The notes below the pieces were generated by a model. That model was not told the origin of the DNA and did not search any database. It worked only from the letters and a program-made list of their open reading frames with translations. From assembly GCA_052035525.1 (NCBI GenBank), contig JBPOHN010000035.1, positions 7,135 to 71,134 on the forward strand: a stretch of DNA of 64,000 nucleotides, read 5' to 3'. This document shows positions 35,853-43,850 of this stretch, piece by piece (positions within the stretch are counted from its first letter, which is position 1; each line of letters starts with the position of its first letter). The stretch comes from Armatimonadota bacterium. GTDB lineage: Bacteria > Armatimonadota > UBA5829. The translations under genes and the position numbers were made by a program.

Positions 35853-35881
35853 ATATTAGCATTCGATTGGCGGAGTGTCAA
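35853..35881 (-). promoter_or_regulatory. hrcA sigma70 promoter overlapped by a CIRCE-like operator
   Basis: The minus strand reads TTGACA-CTCCGCCAATCGAATGC-TAATAT (17-nt spacer). The embedded TTGACACTC-N8-GAATGCTAA matches 15/18 of the CIRCE arms TTAGCACTC-N9-GAGTGCTAA. Confidence 0.6.
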
Positions 35882-35996
35882 GGCGTGCCGGCCAGGGCGA
35901 ACGCGTGAAGGGTGAACGCGGAACCACGGAATCGGTGAAACACCGAAATCGGAGGCCAGGTCCTCCTGCTGGAAGGAAGGGGAGCATTGTGACTTG

Positions 35997-36013
35997 CCCC
36001 CTTGCGAAGGGGG
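35997..36013. repeat. Solo G/C-stem hairpin repeat
   Basis: CCCCC-TTGCGAA-GGGGG in the hrcA / Lon-like intergenic region. Confidence 0.7.
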
Positions 36014-36138
36014 ACTGAGGGGGATGGCTCGGGACCAACGGTGCTGCCGAGAGCAGACTTGGAGGAAGCGGTGTGCAGTTTCTGGCTTGCATACGGGCGG
36101 GTAAAGCAGTTCTAGACGCTTTGAGGAGTGAGCAAGAC

Positions 36139-38598
36139 ATGGCTATCAACCACCTTACATACGATCAGCTAAGCCACACCTGCAATCCCGACGACCTGGG
36201 TTTCGAGACTACCGCCGATCTCTCGCCGCTGGACGTGACCCTGGGACAGGAACGGGCCGTCAGCGCCCTCGACTTCGGTCTGGACATCGAGGCGCCCGGC
36301 TTCAACCTCTACGTCGCAGGCAGGTCCGGCACCGGAAGGAACTCCAGCGTGCTGCAGCACACGTCCACAAAGGCAAAGGGCGAAAAGCGGCCTGACGACT
36401 GGTGCTACGTATACAACTTCAACGATCCCTACCGCCCGCGAACAATCCGGCTGTCATCCGGCAAGGGGCCGGAGTTCGCCGCCGATATGGACGAGTTCAT
36501 CAAGAGCGCTCGCACGGAGATGCCACGCGCGTTCGAGAGCGAGAACTACGAGAAACGAAAGAACGAAATCCTGGAGACGATCCAGCACAGACGAGAGGGT
36601 ATGCTCGCCGAACTGCAGCGAGACGCCGCCGATCTTGGGTTTTCCATCGAGGCGACGCCGGTTGGCATTGCGTCCGTGCCTCTCACTCCCGACGGCCGGC
36701 CGTATACGCGAGATGAGTATGACGCCCTGTCCGATGAGATCAAGAACGACATAAAACAGCGGGGACAGAGGCTGCAGGAAAGCACCAACCAGTTCGTCTC
36801 GCGCTCCAGAGCGCTGGAGAAGGAGGCACAGGAGAAGCTGCGCGATCTGGACAAAGAGATCGCCCTCTTCGCCGTTGGTCACCTTCTGGAGGATCTGCGT
36901 GAGAAGTACCAGCGCTGCGAGGGGTTCGGGAACTGCGATGACATCCTGGACTACCTCAACTGCGTTGAGAAGGATATGGTCGAGCACCTTGATGATTTCC
37001 GAACGCCGGACAGGCACCAGCAGGGGATTCCTCCTGTTATGGCCGAGATGGTGGAACCGGCATTCGACAGGTATCGCGTCAACGTCTTCGTCACCCACAA
37101 AGACCGAGACGGCGCGCCGGTCGTGCAGGAGAACAACCCGACTTACATGAACCTGCTGGGCAAGATAGACTTCAAGGCGCGCTTCGGCTTCATGACCACC
37201 GACCACAATATGCTCAAGCCGGGGGCCATTCATCGCGCGAACGGCGGGTATCTGATCGTCCAGGCGCTGGACGTGCTTCTGAGTCCATTCTCCTGGGACG
37301 GTCTGAAACGGGTGATGCGGGCCAGGGAAGCGGCGCCGGAGAACCTTGCCGACCAGTACGGTCTGGTGGCCGTGTCCACGATCAGGCCTCAGGCAATACC
37401 TCTGGACGTGAAGGTGATCATGGTCGGCAGCCCGTTCCTCTACTATCTGCTGTACTATCTGGACGAGGACTTCCGGAAGCTCTTCAAGGTCCGGGCCGAT
37501 TTCGACATCGAGATGGCGCGGGACGAGAAGCACACCGCCCAATACGCCGCGTTGGTGTCGCTCAAGTGCAAGGAACTCGGCCTGAAACCATTCACCAAGG
37601 AAGCCGTGGCTAAGGTGATCGACTACGGCTCCAGGATCATAGAGGACAAGAACAGGCTGTCAGCGCGGTTTCTTGATATCTCCGATATGGTGATCGAGTC
37701 GGCCCACTGGGCAGACCGCGCAGGCAGTGATACCGTCAGGCTGGAGCACGTCGTCCAGGCGCTGGAGCACAAAGAGTATCGTTCTCGAATGATAGAAGAC
37801 AAGGTCCAGGCGCTGATCGAAGAGGGCGTCATAATGATCGACACCACGGGCGGCGTTGTCGGGCAGGCCAATGCGCTTTCGGTCTATGACCTCGGCGACA
37901 GGTCCTTTGGCAGGCCATCCAGGGTGACCGCCCGAGTCGCTGTGGGACGCGGAAAGCTGATAGATATCCAGCGCGAGAGCGAGATGGGGGGCCGAATCCA
38001 CAGCAAGGGCGTGATGATCCTCACTGGCTACCTGGACGGCAAGTATGCAACGGACAAGCCAATAGCGATGGTGGCTACCCTGGCGTTCGAGCAGTTGTAT
38101 GAGGAAATCGAAGGGGATTCCGCTTCCAGTACCGAGCTTTACGTGCTGTTGTCCGCTCTATCCGCCCTGCCGATCAATCAGGAGATAGCGATCACGGGCT
38201 CCGTCAACCAGTTCGGCCAGATTCAGCCAGTTGGCGGCATCAATGCCAAGATAGAGGGGTTCTACGAGGTGTGCAAAGCCAGGGGGCTGACCGGAAATCA
38301 GGGAGTAGCGATACCATCCGCGAACGTCCGGCACCTTATGCTCAAGCCCGAGGTCGCCGACGCGGTCAGAGACGGAAAGTTCCACGTGTGGGCGCTCGAT
38401 ACCGTTGACGATGGCGTGGAACTGCTGATGGGTGCTCCGGCGGGCGAACGGCAGGAGGATGGGACGTATCCCGAAGGCACGGTGCACTACCTTGTGGACA
38501 GGAGGCTCCGCCAGCTTGCCGACGCCGCCAAGGAGTTCGCCGTACCACCGCCTCTGCCGGCCGGCACCGATCGGACCGAGCCGGCCGCAAGGATATAG
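36139..38598 (+). CDS. Lon-like protease with AAA+ domain carrying a long helical insertion (YcbZ/LonH-like)
   Basis: Walker A GRSGTGRNS. A long coiled insertion. C-terminal Lon S16 domain (GDSASSTELYVLLSAL, ITGSVNQFGQIQPVGGINAKIEGF). ATG at 36139 follows GAGGAG. Confidence 0.8.
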   Translation: MAINHLTYDQLSHTCNPDDLGFETTADLSPLDVTLGQERAVSALDFGLDIEAPGFNLYVAGRSGTGRNSSVLQHTSTKAKGEKRPDDWCYVYNFNDPYRPRTIRLSSGKGPEFAADMDEFIKSARTEMPRAFESENYEKRKNEILETIQHRREGMLAELQRDAADLGFSIEATPVGIASVPLTPDGRPYTRDEYDALSDEIKNDIKQRGQRLQESTNQFVSRSRALEKEAQEKLRDLDKEIALFAVGHLLEDLREKYQRCEGFGNCDDILDYLNCVEKDMVEHLDDFRTPDRHQQGIPPVMAEMVEPAFDRYRVNVFVTHKDRDGAPVVQENNPTYMNLLGKIDFKARFGFMTTDHNMLKPGAIHRANGGYLIVQALDVLLSPFSWDGLKRVMRAREAAPENLADQYGLVAVSTIRPQAIPLDVKVIMVGSPFLYYLLYYLDEDFRKLFKVRADFDIEMARDEKHTAQYAALVSLKCKELGLKPFTKEAVAKVIDYGSRIIEDKNRLSARFLDISDMVIESAHWADRAGSDTVRLEHVVQALEHKEYRSRMIEDKVQALIEEGVIMIDTTGGVVGQANALSVYDLGDRSFGRPSRVTARVAVGRGKLIDIQRESEMGGRIHSKGVMILTGYLDGKYATDKPIAMVATLAFEQLYEEIEGDSASSTELYVLLSALSALPINQEIAITGSVNQFGQIQPVGGINAKIEGFYEVCKARGLTGNQGVAIPSANVRHLMLKPEVADAVRDGKFHVWALDTVDDGVELLMGAPAGERQEDGTYPEGTVHYLVDRRLRQLADAAKEFAVPPPLPAGTDRTEPAARI

Positions 38599-38626
38599 GG
38601 CAAGGCGGGGTCGAACCGCGAGCCGA

Positions 38627-39292
38627 TTACCAGTAGAAGGTGACGTTCTCCTTCGAGGTGAGTACCTTCATCTGACCCCACCACTTCCACTTCGCGTGTC
38701 CGTCATTGTAGATGTAATTCGCGCCCACAGGCACGGCTCTTGGCGGATGGCTGTTGAAGTGGTGCGGCTTGCCGTCCGTAGTTGTCACGGCGATATCGGA
38801 TAGCAGCAGCGAGTAGGGATACTGGCCCGAATTGACGGCAATCTCCTTACGCGTAAGGCCGTAGCCCAGGTAGTTGCCCCAGTAGCTGTAACCGGCCCAG
38901 TAGGTGTAGGCGGAGCTTCCAGCAACCCAGTAGGGAGGGCTCTTGAAGAAGAGATTGCTGGGGCAGAAAAACACTTTGACATTCTTCACGTAGGGGTTGA
39001 GGGCCCGCAGGCCCAGGTTCAATGGCTGGGTCGTTCCCCACGGAGGCCTTATGTCCCAATCCCCCCAGGGCCAGTTTTCTAGACGAGCGGGAGGATAGAA
39101 ACCGTTGTTCAGATCAGCGTAGGCATGAGCCGCAAGGCCTAGCTGCTTCAGGTTGCTCAGGCACTTTGAACGTCTGGCATTCTCCTTGGCCTGCATAAAC
39201 GTCGGGAACAATATCGCGGCCAGAATCGCGATGATCGCGATCACCACCAGGAGCTCGATAAGAGTAAAGCCAAAACGTCGTCTGAGTATCAT
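38627..39292 (-). CDS. Prepilin-type N-terminal methylation domain protein, DUF1559 / H-X9-DG type
   Basis: [23 protein letters not shown] at the N-terminus when starting at Met 39292. C-terminal ..[18 protein letters not shown]. Confidence 0.8.
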   Translation of the reverse strand: MILRRRFGFTLIELLVVIAIIAILAAILFPTFMQAKENARRSKCLSNLKQLGLAAHAYADLNNGFYPPARLENWPWGDWDIRPPWGTTQPLNLGLRALNPYVKNVKVFFCPSNLFFKSPPYWVAGSSAYTYWAGYSYWGNYLGYGLTRKEIAVNSGQYPYSLLLSDIAVTTTDGKPHHFNSHPPRAVPVGANYIYNDGHAKWKWWGQMKVLTSKENVTFYW

Positions 39293-39419
39293 AGCTGCAT
39301 CCCCCCACGACCGGCCAGTACTCGGTAGAGTGGTCCCTGATGTTACAATACCCAACCGAGCAGCCGTTGTCAAGGGCTGGCAGGAGTTTGCGGCGCATGT
39401 GGGAAACTCTCTATTCAGT

Positions 39420-40322
39420 ATGAAAGGCGTATACGATTGTGAGATTATCGAGCAGCGCGAGGTGTCGCCTGGTGTGTATCGCACACTGCTGACGGGTGGG
39501 GAGATCGCGCGGGAGTCCGTGGCGGGCCAGTTCGTGAACCTGCAGGTATCGCCGACGACTGATCCACTCCTGCGCAGACCGTTTTCCGTCCACGCGGTCT
39601 ACCCGGAGAGGGGCGTCTACTCGCTGCTTTATGTTGTTGTGGGGCGCGGGACGCAGCTACTTCGGCAGATTCCAGCGGGAGAGAAGGTGAGCGTGGTAGG
39701 GCCGCTGGGACGAGGTTTTGGCCTCGGAGACTCCCCCGATGATGAGCACATTGTGGTAGCCGGCGGATGCGGGGCCGCTCCACTGCACTTCCTCTGCGAT
39801 GCGCTCTGCGACAAGTGGGGCTGCGAGAAGGTGACGGTCCTCGCGGGCGGCAGGAGCAAGAATGCGGTCCTCTGCGAAGCTGAGTTCCGGGAGCACGGAG
39901 TAGAAGTGGGCGTCGCTACAGACGATGCCAGCTACGGCTACGCCGGATTCGTAACCCAACTGCTGGAGGAGCAATTACGAAGTACGAATTGCGAATTACA
40001 GAGAATTCGTGTCTACTCCTGCGGGCCGCATGCCATGATGCGCGAAGTCGCCCGGATCTGTCACGAGGCCGGAGTCGCAAGCTGCCAGGTATCGCTCGAG
40101 AACAACATGGCCTGCGGCCTTGGCGTGTGCGTCGGCTGCGTTCAGAAGATCAGGGGAGCCGAGAGCTCGAAGTCGAAAGTCGAAAGTCACCAATGCACGT
40201 GCGCAGGTGGTCCCGACAATGATCAATGCGTAACAATCAATCATGAAACTGAGGCGTGGCACTACGAACGGGTGTGCACGGATGGGCCGGTTTTTGATGC
40301 GGAGGATGTGATATGGGAGTAA
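39420..40322 (+). CDS. pyrK: Dihydroorotate dehydrogenase electron-transfer subunit
   Basis: RRPFSV FAD motif and GPLG NAD motif. [2Fe-2S] Cys pattern C-X4-C-X2-C...C. The track's upstream extension is antisense to the pilin-like gene. Confidence 0.85.
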   Translation: MKGVYDCEIIEQREVSPGVYRTLLTGGEIARESVAGQFVNLQVSPTTDPLLRRPFSVHAVYPERGVYSLLYVVVGRGTQLLRQIPAGEKVSVVGPLGRGFGLGDSPDDEHIVVAGGCGAAPLHFLCDALCDKWGCEKVTVLAGGRSKNAVLCEAEFREHGVEVGVATDDASYGYAGFVTQLLEEQLRSTNCELQRIRVYSCGPHAMMREVARICHEAGVASCQVSLENNMACGLGVCVGCVQKIRGAESSKSKVESHQCTCAGGPDNDQCVTINHETEAWHYERVCTDGPVFDAEDVIWE

Positions 40323-41224
40323 AGCTGAAAACCCAGATCGGCCGCATCAAGATGAAGAACCCGGTGACGGTCGCTTCGGGAACGTTCGGGTTCGGCCAGG
40401 AGATGGCGGAGTTCTACGACCTCTCCCGTTTGGGCGCGATCACCGTCAAGGGCACTTCTTTGAAGCCTTGGAAGGGCAACCCGTATCCGCGCACAGTCGA
40501 GACGCCTTCGGGAATGCTGAACGCAATCGGCCTGCAGAACGACGGCGTGGATTCGCTCATCAACGAGAAGATGCCGTTCTTGCGCCGGTTCGACGTGCCG
40601 GTGATAGTGAACATCGTGGGGCACTCGGTCGAGGAATACGCGGAGCTTGCGAAGCGGCTGGATAAGGTCGAGGGCATCGCCGGGCTGGAGATCAACATTT
40701 CCTGCCCGAACGTGAAGGAGGGCTGCCTCGTCTTCGGAGGCACGCCTCAGGGCACCTCAGAAGTCGTCAGCGCGGTGCGCGCTAATACGGGTCTCACCCT
40801 CATCACGAAGCTCTCTCCCAACGTAGGCGACTTGCTGCCCATCGCCCGCGCCGCGATAGACGCCGGCACGGATGCTCTTTCGCTCATCAACACGCTGCTC
40901 GGGACCGCTATCGACCCGTGGACGCGCAAGTTCAAGCTCGCTAACGTCACCGGAGGGCTATCCGGCCCGGCGATCAAGCCGGTCGCGCTGAAGATGGTGC
41001 TGGATGTCGCCCGCGCGGTTGACGTGCCGATAATCGGCATGGGCGGGATTGTGAACGCGATGGATGCGGTGGAGTTCCTACTCGCCGGAGCCGACGCCGT
41101 AGCCGTAGGCACCGGCAACTTCGTGAACCCAAAGGCAGCCGTCGAGATAGTGGACGGCATCGAAAGCTACCTAACCAAGATGGGCATCGGCGATGTGAAG
41201 GAGATAGTGGGAACGATTAGCTAG
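40313..41224 (+). CDS. pyrD: Dihydroorotate dehydrogenase catalytic subunit (class 1B)
   Basis: Motifs [31 protein letters not shown]. Confidence 0.9.
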   Translation: MGVKLKTQIGRIKMKNPVTVASGTFGFGQEMAEFYDLSRLGAITVKGTSLKPWKGNPYPRTVETPSGMLNAIGLQNDGVDSLINEKMPFLRRFDVPVIVNIVGHSVEEYAELAKRLDKVEGIAGLEINISCPNVKEGCLVFGGTPQGTSEVVSAVRANTGLTLITKLSPNVGDLLPIARAAIDAGTDALSLINTLLGTAIDPWTRKFKLANVTGGLSGPAIKPVALKMVLDVARAVDVPIIGMGGIVNAMDAVEFLLAGADAVAVGTGNFVNPKAAVEIVDGIESYLTKMGIGDVKEIVGTIS

Positions 41225-41249
41225 GGCGCGTTGGCCCGCGGAGGATGAA

Positions 41250-41963
41250 TTGAGCAAAGAGAAGATCATTCTGCCCCTGGATGTAGATTCGACTGAGAAA
41301 GCCGTGGAGCTGACGCGTCTGCTCAAGGACGAAGTAGGCGCGTTCAAGGTGGGGTTGGAGTTGGTGAACTCCGCCGGCCTCGATGTGTTCCACGCGATCA
41401 GGGAGGCCGGGGCAAGAAAGATCTTCTACGATTGCAAGTTTCACGATATCCCGAACACTGTCGCTGGAGCATCGCGTGGAGCCGCCAGACTCGGCGTGTG
41501 GATGTTCAACGTGCACTGCTCGGGCGGGTTCGCTATGATGAAGGCTGCCAAGGAAGCTGCCGTCGAGACGTCTGCGAAGTCGGGGATTCCGCAGCCGCTC
41601 GTCATCGGCGTCACGGTGCTGACGAGCATCGATCAGGCGACACTTAACGACGACCTGCGCGTGGAGGGCAGCGTGGCCGATCAGGTGGTGCACTTCGCAA
41701 CGCTGGCGAAAGAGGCCGGGCTAGATGGCGTGGTCGCCTCTCCGCACGAGATCGAGCTGATCCGCGCCGCCTGTGGCTCTGATTTCGTCATCGTCACACC
41801 TGGCGTCCGCCCCGCTGGAGCCGATATCGCTGACCAGAAGCGCGTCATGACACCATCCGAGGCGGTTGCCAAAGGCTCCAGCTACCTCGTTATCGGGCGG
41901 CCAATCATTGCCGCCGCCGACCCCAAAGCGGCCGCGCAAGCCATCGCCAAAGAGATCGGCTAG
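41250..41963 (+). CDS. pyrF: Orotidine 5'-phosphate decarboxylase
   Basis: Motifs LPLDV, FKVGLEL, DCKFHDIPNTV, VIGRPI. Confidence 0.9.
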   Translation: MSKEKIILPLDVDSTEKAVELTRLLKDEVGAFKVGLELVNSAGLDVFHAIREAGARKIFYDCKFHDIPNTVAGASRGAARLGVWMFNVHCSGGFAMMKAAKEAAVETSAKSGIPQPLVIGVTVLTSIDQATLNDDLRVEGSVADQVVHFATLAKEAGLDGVVASPHEIELIRAACGSDFVIVTPGVRPAGADIADQKRVMTPSEAVAKGSSYLVIGRPIIAAADPKAAAQAIAKEIG

Positions 41964-42105
41964 CATCTGCCCGACTGCACAAAATGGGAACTACATAGGG
42001 TAGCAAACTCGTCTGAAATATATCCTACAGCAACCACTGTAGAGCCTCTACTGCTAGATACACCGCGGAACGGACTAAAAAGGGAGGAATACCACCCTAG
42101 TACAT

Positions 42106-42621
42106 ATGTGGTATAATTGCGATATGAGTGTCCAACTGAACTATAATATGTCCGACGAGAGAAGCAAACTCAGGGAAGTCTTTCCTCGATACAGGAACAT
42201 CAGGCCCACCGGGGTCACCATCGTCGGTTCACTGCTTGTCATCGCATCCGCCCTGGCGGTCTTCAGTGTTTTTATGGCCCTTAATGTACCGCTTATGCGC
42301 TACGGCATCGAGCAGAACTACCGGTCGTTCGGGTCCTACATCTTCTTTGCGCTGGTCGGCGCGGGGCTGGTATTCCCGGCAGGGGTGGCGATGCTGAGGC
42401 AGGCGACCTGGGGAAGGCTGATGTATCTCGTTGCCGGGCCGATCTACCTTGCCGCTTTCGTCACGATCAACGGGATCCGTGAGACCGTGGCGCTGCCGGT
42501 GCTCAGCTACATCGTTTTCGCCGTCGTGCTGAACTGCAAAGACTGCGTGGAGTATTTCACAGGTTGGGTCCCGCGCGATTGGTGCCCCTACACGACAGAC
42601 CGCGACGTCGAGAACTGGTAA
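42106..42621 (+). CDS. Hypothetical membrane protein (about 4 TM)
   Basis: Four hydrophobic segments and no recognisable motif. The true start may be the ATG at 42124. Confidence 0.45.
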   Translation: MWYNCDMSVQLNYNMSDERSKLREVFPRYRNIRPTGVTIVGSLLVIASALAVFSVFMALNVPLMRYGIEQNYRSFGSYIFFALVGAGLVFPAGVAMLRQATWGRLMYLVAGPIYLAAFVTINGIRETVALPVLSYIVFAVVLNCKDCVEYFTGWVPRDWCPYTTDRDVENW

Positions 42622-42648
42622 CGGTCCTCAGTCATCACTTCAACCCCC

Positions 42649-43770
42649 TCACCCAGCAAGGCACTGCCGATAGAGCATCCGAGCCCACTCGTCGGTCACT
42701 TCGACGGGGTTCGTCTGCCGGTGGCTACCGTAGCGGTTCATAGCGGCGATCACCTCGTCCTCGTCTGAGGCCGTCAGCCCGTATGATGAGAGGCTGGTGG
42801 AGACGCCGCCTGCGTGGCAGAACTCGATGAGACGCGCGGCAACATCATCGACACCCATCGCGCGCCTGACCTCGTCGTAAGCAGCGGGATGCTCGCGCTC
42901 GTTGAGCCGCATGGAGTGCGGCAGCAGCACGGCGATTGCTTCCGAGTGCCGCAGCTTACCGACAATGCAGACCGCGGGCGCAAGCGAATGCGAAGCCCCT
43001 AGACCGTTCTGCATCGCCAGCCCCGCAAGGCAGCTTCCCATCAGGCACGCCAGACGCGCATCCAGGTCCTGCATATGGACCTGGCAAACCGGCAGCCCCT
43101 CCGCAAGCTGCTCTATCGCCCCCAGCGCCATATGCCGCGTGTAGGAATCCGCCTTCAGCGAAACGGCGCTTTCGATAGAATGCGAGAACGCGTCCATCGC
43201 TGTCAGCGTAGTGAAACGCTTGTCTAGCGACACCGTCAGTTCCGGATCAAGGATCGCTGCAGCAGGGGTCATATACGGATGCGATATGCTGCGCTTGATG
43301 CCGAGGCGCTCGTTCGTCAACACCGAGACTCGCGTCGCCTCGGAGCCGGTACCCGCCGTAGTAGGCGCCGCCATGTGCGGAAGCGGAGGGTTTACGATCT
43401 CACGCCGCTTGAGCTGATATGCTTCGGTAACGCCATCGTTCGTGGCCAGCACAGCCGCCGCCTTGGCGGTATCCAGCACGCTGCCTCCGCCGATCGATAT
43501 CACAAGATCGGACTTGTGCTGTCGCAGGAAGGCGGCCAGCTCGTCCACGCGCTCCACCGTTGGCTCCTCGGTCACCGGATCGGAGATGACCACGGACAGC
43601 CCGCGCTTGCGCAGGTCCTCATACAGATCGGCAACGCGTTTCGACTGCCGCAGATGCGCGCCCGTCACTATCGCCGCGCGTCTGCCCAGACGGGGCGCTT
43701 CCTCCGCTATCCTGGCGAAAGCGCCTGCTCCGCAGTGGATGATCGATGGACTTGTGATATCGAACGCCAT
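42649..43770 (-). CDS. Iron-containing (group III) alcohol dehydrogenase
   Basis: Motif GGGSVLDTAKAAA plus His-rich metal-site blocks. The Met at 43770 is preferred. Confidence 0.8.
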   Translation of the reverse strand: MAFDITSPSIIHCGAGAFARIAEEAPRLGRRAAIVTGAHLRQSKRVADLYEDLRKRGLSVVISDPVTEEPTVERVDELAAFLRQHKSDLVISIGGGSVLDTAKAAAVLATNDGVTEAYQLKRREIVNPPLPHMAAPTTAGTGSEATRVSVLTNERLGIKRSISHPYMTPAAAILDPELTVSLDKRFTTLTAMDAFSHSIESAVSLKADSYTRHMALGAIEQLAEGLPVCQVHMQDLDARLACLMGSCLAGLAMQNGLGASHSLAPAVCIVGKLRHSEAIAVLLPHSMRLNEREHPAAYDEVRRAMGVDDVAARLIEFCHAGGVSTSLSSYGLTASDEDEVIAAMNRYGSHRQTNPVEVTDEWARMLYRQCLAG

Positions 43771-43850
43771 GCGGTTATTATACCATCCAGACAGGAAGGC
43801 ACGCAGTGAGGGTAGAAGCATCTGGTGACAGAACGGCTATGGAGGGACTG

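Noticed and set aside
36139-38598. Lon-like protease as a BrxL-type component of a BREX or other defence system
   Set aside because: No methyltransferase, PglZ, BrxA/B/C or other defence genes are nearby. Its neighbours are hrcA and a pilin-like gene. The architecture fits the widespread stand-alone YcbZ/LonH-like family.
39153-39419. N-terminal extension of pyrK overlapping the pilin-like gene; similarly 24733..24867 for the binding protein and 5006..5155 for the cyclase
   Set aside because: These extensions run antisense or overlap neighbouring genes and lack family similarity. Internal starts with ribosome-binding sites give family-typical N-termini.
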